Shown here one piece after another: positions 37,791 through 51,196 of a stretch of DNA of 64,000 bases. Every line of letters begins with the position of its first letter. Positions within the stretch are counted from its first letter, which is position 1. The notes beneath the pieces are model-generated. The model was not told where the DNA came from and did not search any database. It saw nothing but the letters and a program-made list of their open reading frames with translations. Origin of the DNA: Tubulanus polymorphus (lineage: Eukaryota; Animalia; Nemertea); assembly GCF_964204645.1 (NCBI RefSeq), contig NC_134033.1:5666231-5730230 (forward strand), in the 5' to 3' direction. The position numbers and the translations under genes were made by a program.

Positions 37791-40325
37791 CTCTACTTGG
37801 CGTTTCGTTCACTACTTATTTGTTCATTATCATCCATATATGTCTTACACCAATCTACTCAATTGTCTAAAAAGGCTTTCCGTTTCCTTCCGTATCATTC
37901 TCTACTTTCTTCTTTCGACCCGTTTTATTGGGTGCTTGCTTTAGTGACCTTTGAGGCTTTGCCAGGCACACACTCAAGAGAACTTCGGGCATCGCTTGAC
38001 TGACAGCTTGTGTCATATATCAAAGAAGATCTAACTTACGTTGAATCGACTAATCAATCATTCTACGATAACTAGTTCATTCCCTGAAAAGTTTTTTTGC
38101 GGATCTATCTGACTCAACTTGTCGAGTAGACGCCGCCTATACCGGTACGTTTGACATTTATGTACTGAATTAAGCGGTTACTGGTTTTCAGAACTGCTAA
38201 ATCATAAATGGATGGAAAACATGGATTTACTGAACCTAACGGCAGTCTAAATTCAAATGGTATATAACACTTATAGCTCCTTTCATTTCTTATGATCGTC
38301 ATATAGCGAATCACTGAGGGTTTCTTGCTACACAAGACTAACTCATTCACTGGGTTACCCACCGCGGTACTGTGGCGATAGAGGATTCCACTTATGGCAG
38401 GCAAGGATTCACCAGGTGTCCTTAGTAGATAGTTGGTCTTCCGCCTTATATATCTTCTAGATTTCATTTTAAATAGAACGAATCTTTCTCTAAAATGAAT
38501 TATGAAAATTTAACCGATATCTGAGTAGAAATCTAAATTCGTCATATATTTGGTGGGTGCTGTGGTGGGTACATGGATCCGGATGTCTAAAAATTCAGTT
38601 CAAAGTTCACTGAAAATGAACTAATTTTGACACCTACATCTCGTCACGCCATCTGGTGGGACAGTTAGTGTTTCGGGTTCCCCATTTGAGGGAACAAGAG
38701 TGAGTAGGGTATTTCAAATACATGATATGGTGACATAATAATCGATTAGTAAGTGAGTGAGCGGATATGTAATTACAGAAAAACAAAATAAAATCAACTT
38801 AATTGGCCTACCAAAGTAACATTAATCAAAGCATAACATATTATGAGTGAGTTGATTATTCATGAGAGCAATTACAGATAATAATATTGAACGACAGATG
38901 ATAAGAATGACAAATCCGAGGAAACAAGTCCACATATAATTGTGTAGATAGTTAGGTAGTACGTTCTGAAGCGAGACATAAACGTGGCAGAAAACCCGTT
39001 ATCGCAACTCTGGCATTACACCTTTTATCTCGTTGCAATGGAGGGTATATGTGTCATTACTCGTTTATTTCGGTAAAGGGACGAAGGGAAAGGCTTTCAA
39101 ATAGCCTGGTAGTGGGATAGCCACACTTAGAAGTTGGGAGCAAATATTAAGTTCAAAACCCGCTGTTTGCAGAATTTGAAAGGTTAGAATCGTATTTAAT
39201 TTGAGAATTATAAACAAAAAATCTGCTTTTGACCCACGTTTCTGACTACCTCTAGAGACGATTGTCATGTGTGTAACAGCTAACAATCGTGTCTCTAAAG
39301 CGAGCGCGAAACGTCGTGTATTTTGTATTTAAGAACTGATAAATAATTTTCGATTTTAACCTTTAAAATTCTCTAATGGGTTATAAACGTAAACAGCATT
39401 ATATATACCGAATGCAATTCTGGATCGTTCGAAGTAAGTAGCGTAGCTCGCTAGCGTATTTCTCCGGATGATCATTTGTATTCACGCTGAAGTTTCTTTT
39501 AGTGATTCTTTCGTCGTAATGACATCGCATGACACGATGAAAAGATCTTAAAAAAATGTGAAAGCGAGTTTTTGAACGCAGGTGCGGCAGACGCGGTATT
39601 CGAGATGATACGTCACTTCCCATAGCACCTAAACTCGGTAGTTCTCTTTGTGAGGTACGAATCCAATTAAAAACGACACGTGCTTTTGATGTGTTTTTTA
39701 TGATAACAAAAGACGCTCAATTAGTACACGTCGATCGGGTCGACGATCTCGGAGTAATAAAAACCGCGGTTTCCACATCGGACATCACCATCTTCACTCG
39801 GATGGCATTGAAGGTAAGTGAGAGATATCGATACACAGTAGTGGACTCAGCTTTTGTCTCGGTATAGCTTTAGACCCGAAAGCGGACAATTCCGACTAAA
39901 AATTTCTTTGATTCTATGAAAGAATCATTTTGTTCAATTTTCAACTGGATATGTTGACAATGTAAAATTTGAAATAGTTACTGTGGGTTGAAGACTCACC
40001 AATACTGAAAGGTCTACTGAAGTTCCTTGGTTCTTTGAAAGCTTCCAATTCGCGTCTACGAAGTGTATGTAAAACTCCTATCCTGGAGATTGAAAGCATT
40101 TATCTATCCATTGCATCGGGTTGACAGAATTCCGATGTTAAAAACATCATATTGAGTAACTTTTTCATATAGTTATGACGATCGATCCCAACCTAACAGG
40201 CGCTGATTTAGGTTTTTTTGTGGATTTTCTTGAAGATAATCTTCCCTATTGGATGTTCCTGTTCAGAAAATATAAAAATTCTTTTCTTTTAAACGAATGC
40301 ATCTTTCTTTTCAGAAATGAACGCC

Positions 40326-43300
40326 ATGTATTTCTACTGTTTGGTATTGTACGCTTTTGTGCTCACCAGCGCCGCCTTTCGGCACTCGTACGTGGGTGAC
40401 GTATACGGTAAGAATTGTTACGACATCTACCAGTCAAATAGATACCAGAGGGTCAATCCCTACTCTAAATTGAAAGAGAGATGTTATGTAGAACCAGCTT
40501 TTATATTGAAGTCATCTAGAATAAGAATGTAACTCAATAGTAACTCGTTGTAATTATGACTAAATCGTTCGCACCACAGGACACGACGATTCCAATTTTA
40601 GCTTAACAATAATAATGATATTAATGATTTATTTTCTGATATATATATATATATATTGCCGTATTAATTGAATGTATTAATTGAATTAAAACATAAGAAT
40701 CATTTGGACTCGGTAAAAAATTGAAAAATTAAGTAGATATAAAATGTAACCACACTTCAAATGTTCTTCTAAAAGAGTACGCTTAAGAGCATCAATGGAC
40801 GGGCTTTTCCGACATTTTAGTTATAGAATTCCATGTAGAATTCCAGGTAAATTTTCGTGAGTTTTAAAAGCTCTATTTCTATCAACCTTAGACTTTATTT
40901 TTGTCTATTACAGAACCTATTCATTCTAGACCATGTAGAAAGACGGATAAGCAATGCGTCTTTACCCTCGAGGTAGTGGAAACGCTGACGATGGTTTATC
41001 GGCGAACCCTGCTGTTTGCTTATCAAGGTAACCTCTACCCATGGAACGTGAATCCTACTGCCCCGGGAGCTCAACCAGTCGATCCCGCAAGTGTTGTCGT
41101 ATCGGACGGCTACTTCGCGCCTGTACGAATGTTGACGTTCAACGGCACGGTTCCGGGACCGGTGCTCGAAGCGTGGGAGGACCAAGAACTCATCATCAAC
41201 GTACACAACAAGGATATCTCCGAAGCGATATCCGTTCATTGGCACGGCTTGCATCAGAGGAATTCGGGATGGTATGACGGTATCCCGTGGTTGACTCAGT
41301 GTCCCCAACTGCCGGGAGAGATCTTCACGCAACGGATGAAAGCCTACCCGGGAGGTTCGTTTTGGTATCACTCGCACGTCGGCATACAGCTTTCCGATTC
41401 TCTTTACGGAGCTTTGATCATCCATCCGAAGAAAGGCGAACATCCAGTAGCCGGAGATTTCAACGTGATGTTCGGCGACGTAAACCACGACGTCATAGGC
41501 AACGCTTGGTATTTGTATCTGACCAACCGAGTCTGGAATCACCTGGCGGCGAAATACAACGACCCGGAAATGGCACAACGCTACCATTCTCTTACGATAA
41601 ACGGCAGAGGGCGCTACTTTTCACTGTCCGATGTAGCGATAACGCAAAGTCCGCTGTCGGAGTTCGATGTCGTTCGAGGTAAATTGTACAGGTTCCGCGT
41701 GCACGGTTCGCAAGCGTCGACGTTCGTGAAATTCTCGATCGACGGCCACCGACTGAAAGTAGTAGCGACGGACGGCCGCGATGTGAAACCTTGTTGGGTA
41801 TCGCACGTGATAGTGACACCTGGTGAGAGATACGATGTACTAGTCTTAGCCGACCAGCCAGTCGGTAACTACTGGGTTCGCGGTTTCAACGGAAAACACG
41901 GTTTGGCCATTTTACGATACCAAGGCGCGAATCCTAACGCCGATCCGATTACGGTACCGCACCAATGTGCACCGGCCAGCAAATGCGTTGTATACAACTG
42001 CGACGTACCGGATTACGCCGTGCCGTTCCAAGAGTGCATCACATTCGATCGTATGAGATCCACGAACGTGCCGCCGGTTCCCGGACGTCACCACGGACGA
42101 ATCAGAGAAAGCTTCTTCAATTTCGGCTTCAAGCAGGGACCGCGCGTCAACGGGGTTCGCTACCAAATGCCGGTATCGCCGATTTTGACGCAACCCGGCG
42201 AAGCGCAGGAAAACCCGTGCTACACGCCGTGCAGGTCGTACAACGTTTGCGAGTGTACATACAATCACCATATGAAGCTAGGAGAGATCCAACAGTTCAT
42301 CTTACTCAGCAAAGGTACCGGATTGAGCAGCCATCCGATACATATGCACGGACATCATTTCTCCGTGGTGAAGGTCGGGTTACCGAAGTTGAACAGCACC
42401 GGTCAATTCGCAGGCGAAAATGATGATATCGTCTGCGACGAGGATAACTACTGCAACAGACCGAGGTGGAGAAATCCTAAATGGGGCGGCAACAACATCC
42501 CTGGTTTAAATCTGAATGATCCACCATCGAAGGTTCGTATTTAATTAGGCACCTAAGTTAATTTTTGATAAATCTTGACGACTTAGGAAAAGTTACCTAG
42601 GTTTTCTAGATATAAAACGTAAACCTGAAGAAAGTTACATCGAGTATAAGATTCTTGCAGCACTTCTCCTTAGCTAGTATTTCACGAGAACTACAGATAA
42701 ATCCCGTTGCATTACAAGCTATGTAACCACCGACCAAGTGGACTTGTCCTAGTAGTCTACTAGCTTCCCCACCTTTTTTCATGTTCGAAACTCGGGTTCA
42801 ATTTCCGGTCAGTGCGAATAAGTGACTGTCAATTTGTAATCAATACAGTGGGAACATGGAAAATGTGACGTCATAACGTATTTGTCATCGCAAAAAACTG
42901 TATTTCATTCAATTCGAATGAGATTTGGCCTATCAACTCTCAGAGAAATGTTTGCGCTAAGTAAGCATTGAAATAACGAACTCCTCAACTGCACTTCGTA
43001 TCAAATGTTGAACACACCTTCCATTTCAGGATACGGTTCTAATTCCGAGGGGCGGCTATGTCATCATCCGTTTCAAGTCCGATAATCCGGGCGCGTGGGG
43101 AATGCACTGTCACATCGAACCGCACGTGAACGCCGGTATGTTCGTCGCCCTGATCGAGGGCTTCGAACGATTCCATTCATTCGATATTCCTCCGAAATTC
43201 CCAACTTGTCGGCATTACACACCAAGGCATTACAGACGTGAGTATGAAAATCCTTCTTGTTTCTTAAATCGTAAGTTGCCAATTGTAGGTAAATGTAAGA

Positions 43301-43669
43301 TCAACAATTCTGGCCATTGTTTCAGTAACTGTTCAACATGTCATTTGTATTGTTAGACATATCATTTAGATATTTGGAACATTCTTGCTCAGAGCTGCAT
43401 CTATCAAAGGCTTCGTACATGTTTTGAACTAATTTTTCGAATCTTGTTCGCCGGAAGTTTTCACGCGAGCCCTTTAAATGCATCGTCTAACCGATACTCT
43501 TCCACTGATTTGCATATCATTTACATATTCAAATGATCGATTAATTTCAGCGTACGAAGATATGGATTATTACGGGTTCAGCAGCGACCATTTCAACGAC
43601 CGCTACGGAAGCACGGATACGTACGACGGTTCAAACGCAGGAGGAAGAGGAGGTGCTGGTGGTTATTAG
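40326..43669 (+). CDS. Secreted laccase-type multicopper oxidase C with Gly/Tyr-rich C-terminal tail
   Basis: Exons 40326-40407 (alternative in-frame ATG at 40317), 40914-42532, 43030-43237, 43551-43669. Cu motifs HWHG, WYHSH, HPIHMHG, HCHIEPHVNAGM. Last exon PYEDMDYYGFSSDHFNDRYGSTDTYDGSNAGGRGGAGGY*. Close paralog of laccase B. Confidence 0.94.
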
Positions 43670-44770
43670 GAAAACATACTCAACTGACCTGACCGCAATA
43701 CCGCAATACCTCATATCAAACCGCTTCATTAAAACGAAAAGAAATTTTCCGATGGCCGATCAAGTACGCAGAGAATTGCGTCATATATATTTCAATAGCA
43801 AACATCTATAATCGTAAATAATTTCTAGTTCTATCTCTTATCATTTTGCTGTTAGGGAAGATTTCGCTTTTAACTTGGCTATTAAGAAGTTTTCTTTGAT
43901 CTTATTTTCTTCGTGTTAATAATGATTTCGATATTGTGTGGCAAATAAACATAAAGTGTGAAGCGTTAATAGACGATTTCTGATTTTGTTTCTGTTTACA
44001 GTCTCTGTCTGTTTTTCATTTTCCGTGCGTGATATACGAATTGAAATCATCTAAGGAGATTTCGGGGACACGTTGAAATCTCAGGAAAACAATGACCCAT
44101 TCGAGTGTAACGGGGCGCAATCCCGTCCGCAATTCGACACCAGATGTCTGATCGTCCATATTTTACATGCGTTCAATATTTTACCGAAGGCATTCTTCAT
44201 TGAATCGTAACGTGCAAACGCATGAAACACAAATAATTGAAATATCAAGAAACTCGAAACATCAGACATTAGACACTTTATCATCAGCGAACTTTTAAGA
44301 ATTGATCATTATAATTGAAAATGAATGAACTACAAATACCAGACATTAGACATTTTATCAGCACTTCATATTGTCATTATTATACGTTATTAATGTATAT
44401 ATGTAATGCAATAATTTGACTAATAGGAAAATATCAATATCGACTAAAACATTGTCCCACAATAATCTCCATGTTTGGCAACCATATTTCCCTATGATTT
44501 CTAAAGAACACCGGTGATTTTCATGATTTCATGCTACAAATAGATTTGCGAAGTTTTTAAAAAGGAACACTAGTATACAGATCGTATTCTAATACTAGGA
44601 GATCAGAATCTTGTACGCGCGAACTCTATTAATCAGAAGCGAAGATCCGGTCCAACGTGGTTTATCAGTTCAAACGTGACCTTCGCTATCGCATCAACCC
44701 TGAATCTCAGAGAATAAATACTGACCGTTGGTCATCGGATCTCTAGGATATGGTAAACGAGTAACGTACC

Positions 44771-47700
44771 ATGAAACATCCAGTATTATCAGCGTCGTTG
44801 GTGGTTCTGGCGCTAGTCGGTAGTTGCGTCGCAGATAACGAAGGTAAGGCGTGTTTAGTATTTGGAATAAACGAACCCTTACATCGATAATATATCGTTC
44901 GCAAACGTTTTAACAAGATTTGAATTAAATCTAAACCCACCGTAGCCCCGGGGCCATTCTACAGTCGAGATTTAAGTCTAAAAGTCGTCTTACATCTTAC
45001 GACGGGCCTTGAATTTTCAGATTTGCTATAGAACTAAGATTAGTGTATCAAATATAGACTGGCCTAATATCTAAGCCACGTCACAGTGAGGTGGTTATAT
45101 TGAGGGAGCTATTATGTAAACACTCTTTATGAAGGTTTTAAAGGTTGAATTAGTAACTTTGGTTTTCTCGATTTCAGTTTGTGATGCAACCGGTGGTGAG
45201 TGCAAGGCATTTGCTTGTGGATCATCCGCAAATAAATATGACTGCGGTTTTTTTTCGAAATGTTGTCCGTCAGATAGCGACTCACCGGGTAAGTGTTGCT
45301 CGGGGCCAGTAAGCGTTGATTGTCATATTAAAGTTATGGGTATATAGGAAACAAACTTACTTTTACTTTCTTGGGTGTCGAAAATCTTAAGACAGGCTGG
45401 GGATGACAATACCAACAAAATTAGAAACAATGACAGCATTCCATGCGCGAACTTGGTCCTATTTTCAATTCACTCTAATATCGATGATCAAGATAAGGTG
45501 AATTAGAACCTGCAACACCAGATGGCGTAACGTGTACTTGGCTCACGTTTTCATTCTCTAAATTTTAATCACTTCAGTGTTGTTCTAAATTTTAATCACT
45601 TCAGTGTTGTTTTGTAAATATTTGCATATACATGTGTAATAGTTTTCCTCCATATACCATGGAAATGGTTGGAGTGTAAATAAATCGTAATCGTAATCGT
45701 AATCACGTTGTCAAGATTAGTTCATTTTCAATAAACTTGAAATAAAATTGAAATGAATTTTTAGACTCCCATATATTATCACTGTACCCAACAAATATAC
45801 TTTAAATCCATTTTCTACTCGGTATAGTTTTCATAGTATTTGATATATTTAAGAGAAATGTTCATTAAATTTTAAATGATATGTAGAAGAAATCGAACGC
45901 AGACGACCGAATAGCTACTAGCGACACCTGGTGGATCCTCGCCTGTTATTAGTGAAATACTCGATTGCCACAGGAGGTGGCGCGTTCCTCATTGATGAAG
46001 GAATTTTATAATCGTTAAAATTTTTTTATTTGAGCCCTTTATTGTATCCGATTCTAGCACCAAATTATCGCTATCGTCATAATTTTCAAAATAATCATTT
46101 ATTGGATTATCGTTTTTATGATTATTTCCCTCATAAATATCGTAACCATTATTTTTAAAATTGACAAAATCTACGCTTGACGTGTCCGCTGCTGTTTAAC
46201 AAAGAATCTTCTATTTCTGTAGACCACGCGACGTGTGGTGTTAGCGCTACCACCAAGAATTTTAAGCCGCTGAAAATTGTCGGCGGTGTTGATGCGCTCA
46301 GAGGAGAGTTCCCCTGGCAGGTGAGCAACGTGTACCGATATTAACGGTTTACCCACATCCAAATTTGAAAGTGCATCTCCCGCGACGACCCACTAAATCG
46401 GACGTCTAAAAACACGCCTCGAAATCTTTCAACGATCAAAATGTTTTTATGGATTGGCTGCAAAATTTTCAATATTGCTAAAAATCAGAATCAGTCTTAA
46501 TAGCATCTGAGATATGCATTTTATCTGCCCGCACTGATTGTAGGTTCTTCTATGAAATGAATATCTCATATTATTAACTTCTTTCTCTTATAGTGGCTAC
46601 TTGCATAGTTGTTGCTTAGATTTTAAGACTCAATAGCATCATATTTCGTCTTAGTTAATCTAGCAACCAAATACAAGCCTTGATATCAAAGACCCTTTAT
46701 GGACTTGAGTAACGACTCTGCTACTGGGTCCAGAACAAAAGGAATTTTTTTCTCATCCCTGAAACGATGTCTTGCATTTCCGAATGGTCGATACTTTTTT
46801 AGATGGACCAATTACAAAAAGCAGCTTGAATAATAGAGTATTGAAAGAAATTTAGTATTTTATCATTTTGGTCAATTATCAAAATTGAATTCCAATCGCC
46901 CCAAAGCAAATCGACAAGTGGTTCATCAATATTATGTCGTCATAAATTAATCGAATTTTGAATATAAGTCGAAGTCCTTTATAATGCCACTGTTTTGACC
47001 ATTGGGAAACATGGCGTTATAACGATGGAATTTTCAATGAAAATTGAACAAAATCGGGCGAAATCTGATCGCTGAAAAATGTTGGCGTTTAGCTAGAAAG
47101 TGAGCGTTTTACAAATAATGCCATTTTTATCAAGGACTGACTGTAACTGATGATTACACATTTTTATCTAAACAGGTCGGTATGCGGAATCCCAGCGGTC
47201 ACAACTTTTGCGGCGGTTCGTTGCTGAACAAAAACTGGGTAGTGACGGCAGCGCATTGCGTTAAAGGGTAAATCTATAAAACCAGTAGATGACTGAGACC
47301 CAGTTCCACAGTCGCGGAATCAAAATTCCCGAAAAATTCATTAAGTTGTCAGACCGACTTTTTTCGTGAAATTGGACCCTGAGTTAAACTTTTAACTTGG
47401 AGTTAACTCAATGCTAATGGACTGGGCCCAGTTTCAGAAAAAGGTTTAAATCTTAAATCGATTTAATTACTTCATTAATTCAGATTATCATAAAATCGAT
47501 TTAGGCCCAATTCTTTTTGTGAAACTGGGCCCAGACATTAACTCATCAGAGTTAACTCTTAATCACGACTGTGGAACTGGATCCTGGTTGGGAATTTACA
47601 TCCCAAGCGGTAACTAGATACTAAGACAACCGACCCTGGTAATCTTTGGTGTGGTTGTTTATCTGGGGCGGTTATATCGGGGTTCCTGTAGCTAACCACT

Positions 47701-49903
47701 GACTGTTGCAATGGGTCATGATTTAATCTAATAACAAAACCTTGTCGTATTCTAAGTTGATTTAATGCGTGTTTGATTTTCAAATTTACTTACTTATTTA
47801 CTTATTTATTTCAGAAATAAATTGCAACTATGTGTACAATGTTATTGTTAATACATAATGTTGTAATATAAAACTGGGGTTTCAGAAAAAGCAAGGCTTG
47901 TATAAACTGAAACCCTGAAAAGGAATGTTAAATATATAAAATGTAGTAGTTGGCTAATAAACTGCTGTTTTAAATTAACTGCGATAAATACAGAGATTTA
48001 CGAGAAAATACACTAGTATGCTAAATAAATATAAAGCAGCTTAAGAAGGATCAGCAAAAGAGGACAATCAATTAATAAGTGGATATATAATGGCGTTTCA
48101 TATTTGATTTGAAAATATTCAAACTATAAAAATATTCAAAATTCAAATTCAATTTCCAGTAAAACGACAAGCGATTTCACCGTGACGTTGGGCGATCACC
48201 ACAAAACGGAAAACGATCACACGGAGCAGTCGAGATCGGTTTCACGGATCGTGATGCACCCTGATTATGTCAGCGCCGGTCAGGGAAACGATATAGCTTT
48301 ATTGCTGCTGGAGACACCAGCGCGTTATACGCATTTCGTCCGGCCAGTATGCCGACCCGAAGCCGGGGAGAATTTCCTGAACATGGACTGCGCCGTCACT
48401 GGCTGGGGTAAACTAGAATTTCGTAAGTTTTTTTTTTCAATTCATATCATTATCAGTTCCACAGTTGTTCGGCATTAGACTTTATTATTTTGACCCCGGA
48501 TCCAGTGTGGGTTTAATCTGACTGTGAATCCAGTTCCACAGCTGTGTGGGTTCAATTTGACTCTGAATCCAGTTACACAGTTATGTGGGTTTAATTTGAC
48601 TGTGAATCCAGTTCCACAGTTGTGTGGGTTCAATTGACTCTGAATCCAGTTACACAGTTATGTGGGTTTAATTTGACTGTGAATCCAGTTCCACGGTTGT
48701 GTGGGTTCAATTTGACTCTGAATCCATTTCTACAGTTGTGTGGGTTTAATTTGACTGTGAATCCAGTTCTACAGTTATATGGGTTTTAATTTTACTCTGG
48801 ATCCAGTTCCACAGTTGTGTGGGTTCAATTTGACTGCGAAACCAGTTCCACAGTTGTGAGGGTTTAATTTGACTAACCCAGTTCCACAGTTGCGTGGATT
48901 TAACATGACCGCGCATCCAGTCCAAGCGCTTATAACGTTTGTTTCTTTTTTTTCATCGCCAGAGGGCCGTAGTCCGAACATTTTACAAAAAGTCTTCGTG
49001 CCGATTGTACCGCGGCGAACTTGTAACTTGTACATGGGACATGGAAGTATAAAAGAATGCAATATTTGCGCCGGTGATCTGCAACACGGCGGAATAGACT
49101 CGTGCCAGGTAAAATCCATCAATAATTGAATTTATAATGAATTATACATCGCATTTCCGATGGGATACCGATAACACCAGCGATGGCGCTTCAAAACCCC
49201 GGGGATTATTTGCAGTAAAAATCAGTCATTTTCGATATAATTTGAACTCGGCACGTTTAGGCTTCAAAATCCGAAAATCATGAAACGAGTCATCGAATAG
49301 ATACCAGAACCCAGTTCCACAGTTCTGAGTTAGACTTGACTCTAGAGTTAAAACATTGATTAGAAAATGAACTAACGTTAATTTAGTCGGAGTAAACTCT
49401 AACTCACAACTGTGGAAACGGGCCCAGGTTTTCTTTCTCAGACAGTGTACGGTATCGATTCCACTGAAAAAATTGATTGAATTATCAGAAAAGTTGTCTC
49501 AAATTTAATCGAAATGCAAAAGGAAATTGAAGTGCGGTAACCCAGTGCCACTAGGCGTTTGTTTGACGATTCCTTGCTTCCCGCGGAAGCCTTGCCGGTA
49601 TTGAATTGATGAAAAATTCGCCCCTCCCCCCTCCATGACATCCTCTTCTAAGATAGATTTCACTGATTCTTGATTCGACAGGGCGATAGCGGTGGACCTT
49701 TAGTTTGTCGTAAACGCGGTCGGGGTCAGAGCTGGAAGCTAGCTGGTATAGTTAGTTGGGGTCAAGACTGCGCTAAGCCCGGATTACCCGGTATATACAC
49801 AGACGTCGGCTACTTCGACAGCTGGATCGACCAGACGATGGCCAAATACCGGCGAAAAACGCGAGTTGTGATCGGTCCCAATAATTTAGCCTTTATCGGC
49901 TAA
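44771..49903 (+). CDS. Secreted trypsin-like (S1A) serine protease zymogen with N-terminal six-Cys beta-defensin/clip-like module
   Basis: Exons 44771-44843 (signal [21 protein letters not shown]), 45178-45288, 46223-46320 (TCG...PLK|IVGG...FPWQ), 47176-47267 (TAAHC), 48160-48422 (NDIALL, GWG), 48963-49108 (IDSCQ), 49682-49903 (GDSGGP). All phase-consistent. Full His/Asp/Ser triad and S1 Asp. Confidence 0.93.
47300..47580. mobile_element. Nested palindromic MITE-like elements
   Basis: Outer TIRs ccagttccacagtcg / cgactgtggaactgg. Inner element 47422-47534 has TIRs ctgggcccagtttca / tgaaactgggcccag. Related short palindromes at about 49310-49425 and 31773-31835. Confidence 0.7.
48495..48910. 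repeat. 39-bp minisatellite (gactctgaatccagttccacagttgtgtgggtttaattt)n
   Basis: About 10 copies. Same family at about 25800-25935, 30615-30800 and 58280-58790. Confidence 0.92.
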
Positions 49904-51196
49904 TAAACGAAATATCGGTTTTGAATTGAATGTTGAATAAAAACGAAATGTGGCAGATGATATCTTGTGTTCGTGTTGATATACTTCGATCGGTTGTAAA
50001 AAATATATTTGTGACCGGTCGAATTTGCGGTCCAGATTAATAAACTAGTTATCGGTTTCGTGGTTCAGATTCATGATCTGACTCCGGAACCAATTCCGAG
50101 GTCTATGCTGAAACCGGTCTAAGCTCATTTTGGTTCTATCATGTGTCTACAATATAAATCCGGTGAAAGCTCATTCAGGCTAAGTCAATCTAACAACAAC
50201 CAGTCTAGGCTCATTTTGATTCTATTGCCAATCTTAAAACGACCAATCTAACAACGACCAGTCTATGCTCATTTTGGTTCTAACATGTGGCTAAAACATA
50301 AATCCAGGAAGAAAGACACTCTAAATATTTGGATGGATATATGAAAGCTGTGGGTACTGGAGTGTGTAATGGGTAGTGTAGTGTGATCTGTGTGCATTTG
50401 TGGCCAGCACACAGATCACATTGTTCAATGGGGTTTGGTCCAGGACTCGCAAGATTTTCAACAACACGGAAGTAACGTGTAATAAATGATGACTTGAATT
50501 GCATGACTACCTACCACCCCTCATTATTGTTGGAAAACTAAACGTTCGACGCTGACTAAAAATTAGTAATAACATTTTAGAAATGGCCAGAATTTTAACT
50601 TAGGTTCTATCTCATTTTTATTTTACAATTGCGATTGGTATAAATTTTTTTAAACGGCCGTTAAGGCTTCATGTTTCGTCTGCAATTCACTGCAAATAGT
50701 TACGCAACCACGCACATTTCAGTATTTTTGGTAGCTGTACACTCAATCGGCACCGTTCGTGACTAGCTTCACTGCGGAATTATCATTAATTAACATCGCC
50801 ATATCACATCATCAACTTATATTGTGCCTTAAAGCCCTAACAGCCGAAATAATTGAAATGCACACACGATTTCTATCATTGAAAATTGAGAGAGTGGCCA
50901 TGTTTGTGTTTGCTGCTTCGCGTAAATCCCGCGCGGTGGCGCCACCGCGCGGAGTGGGGCCGATACGTCCAGTCAAAGCTCATTTAGGTTCTATAGTCAA
51001 CCTAACAACGACCAGTCTAAGCTCATTTGATTCTATAACCAATCAAACAACTTTAGACCAAAGCTCATCATTTTGGTTCTATAACCAACTGAACAGTTTT
51101 ATTCCAAACAAAAAAAATATACATGTGGATATAGACCTATCTACCGAGAGCAGTTGGTAGGAAGGACGTTGGTGGTATTTTAGAAATGTCAAAGAC

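Noticed and set aside
34270-42423. Long antisense or alternative-frame ORFs over the laccases (e.g. 34270-35016, 40895-41587)
   Set aside because: Shadow ORFs expected from GC-rich codon usage. No recognisable motifs.
45129-45177. ATG at 45129 as the protease start
   Set aside because: It lies in an intron ending in a good acceptor (tttcag, 45177). Exon 44771-44843 gives a better signal peptide with matching phase.
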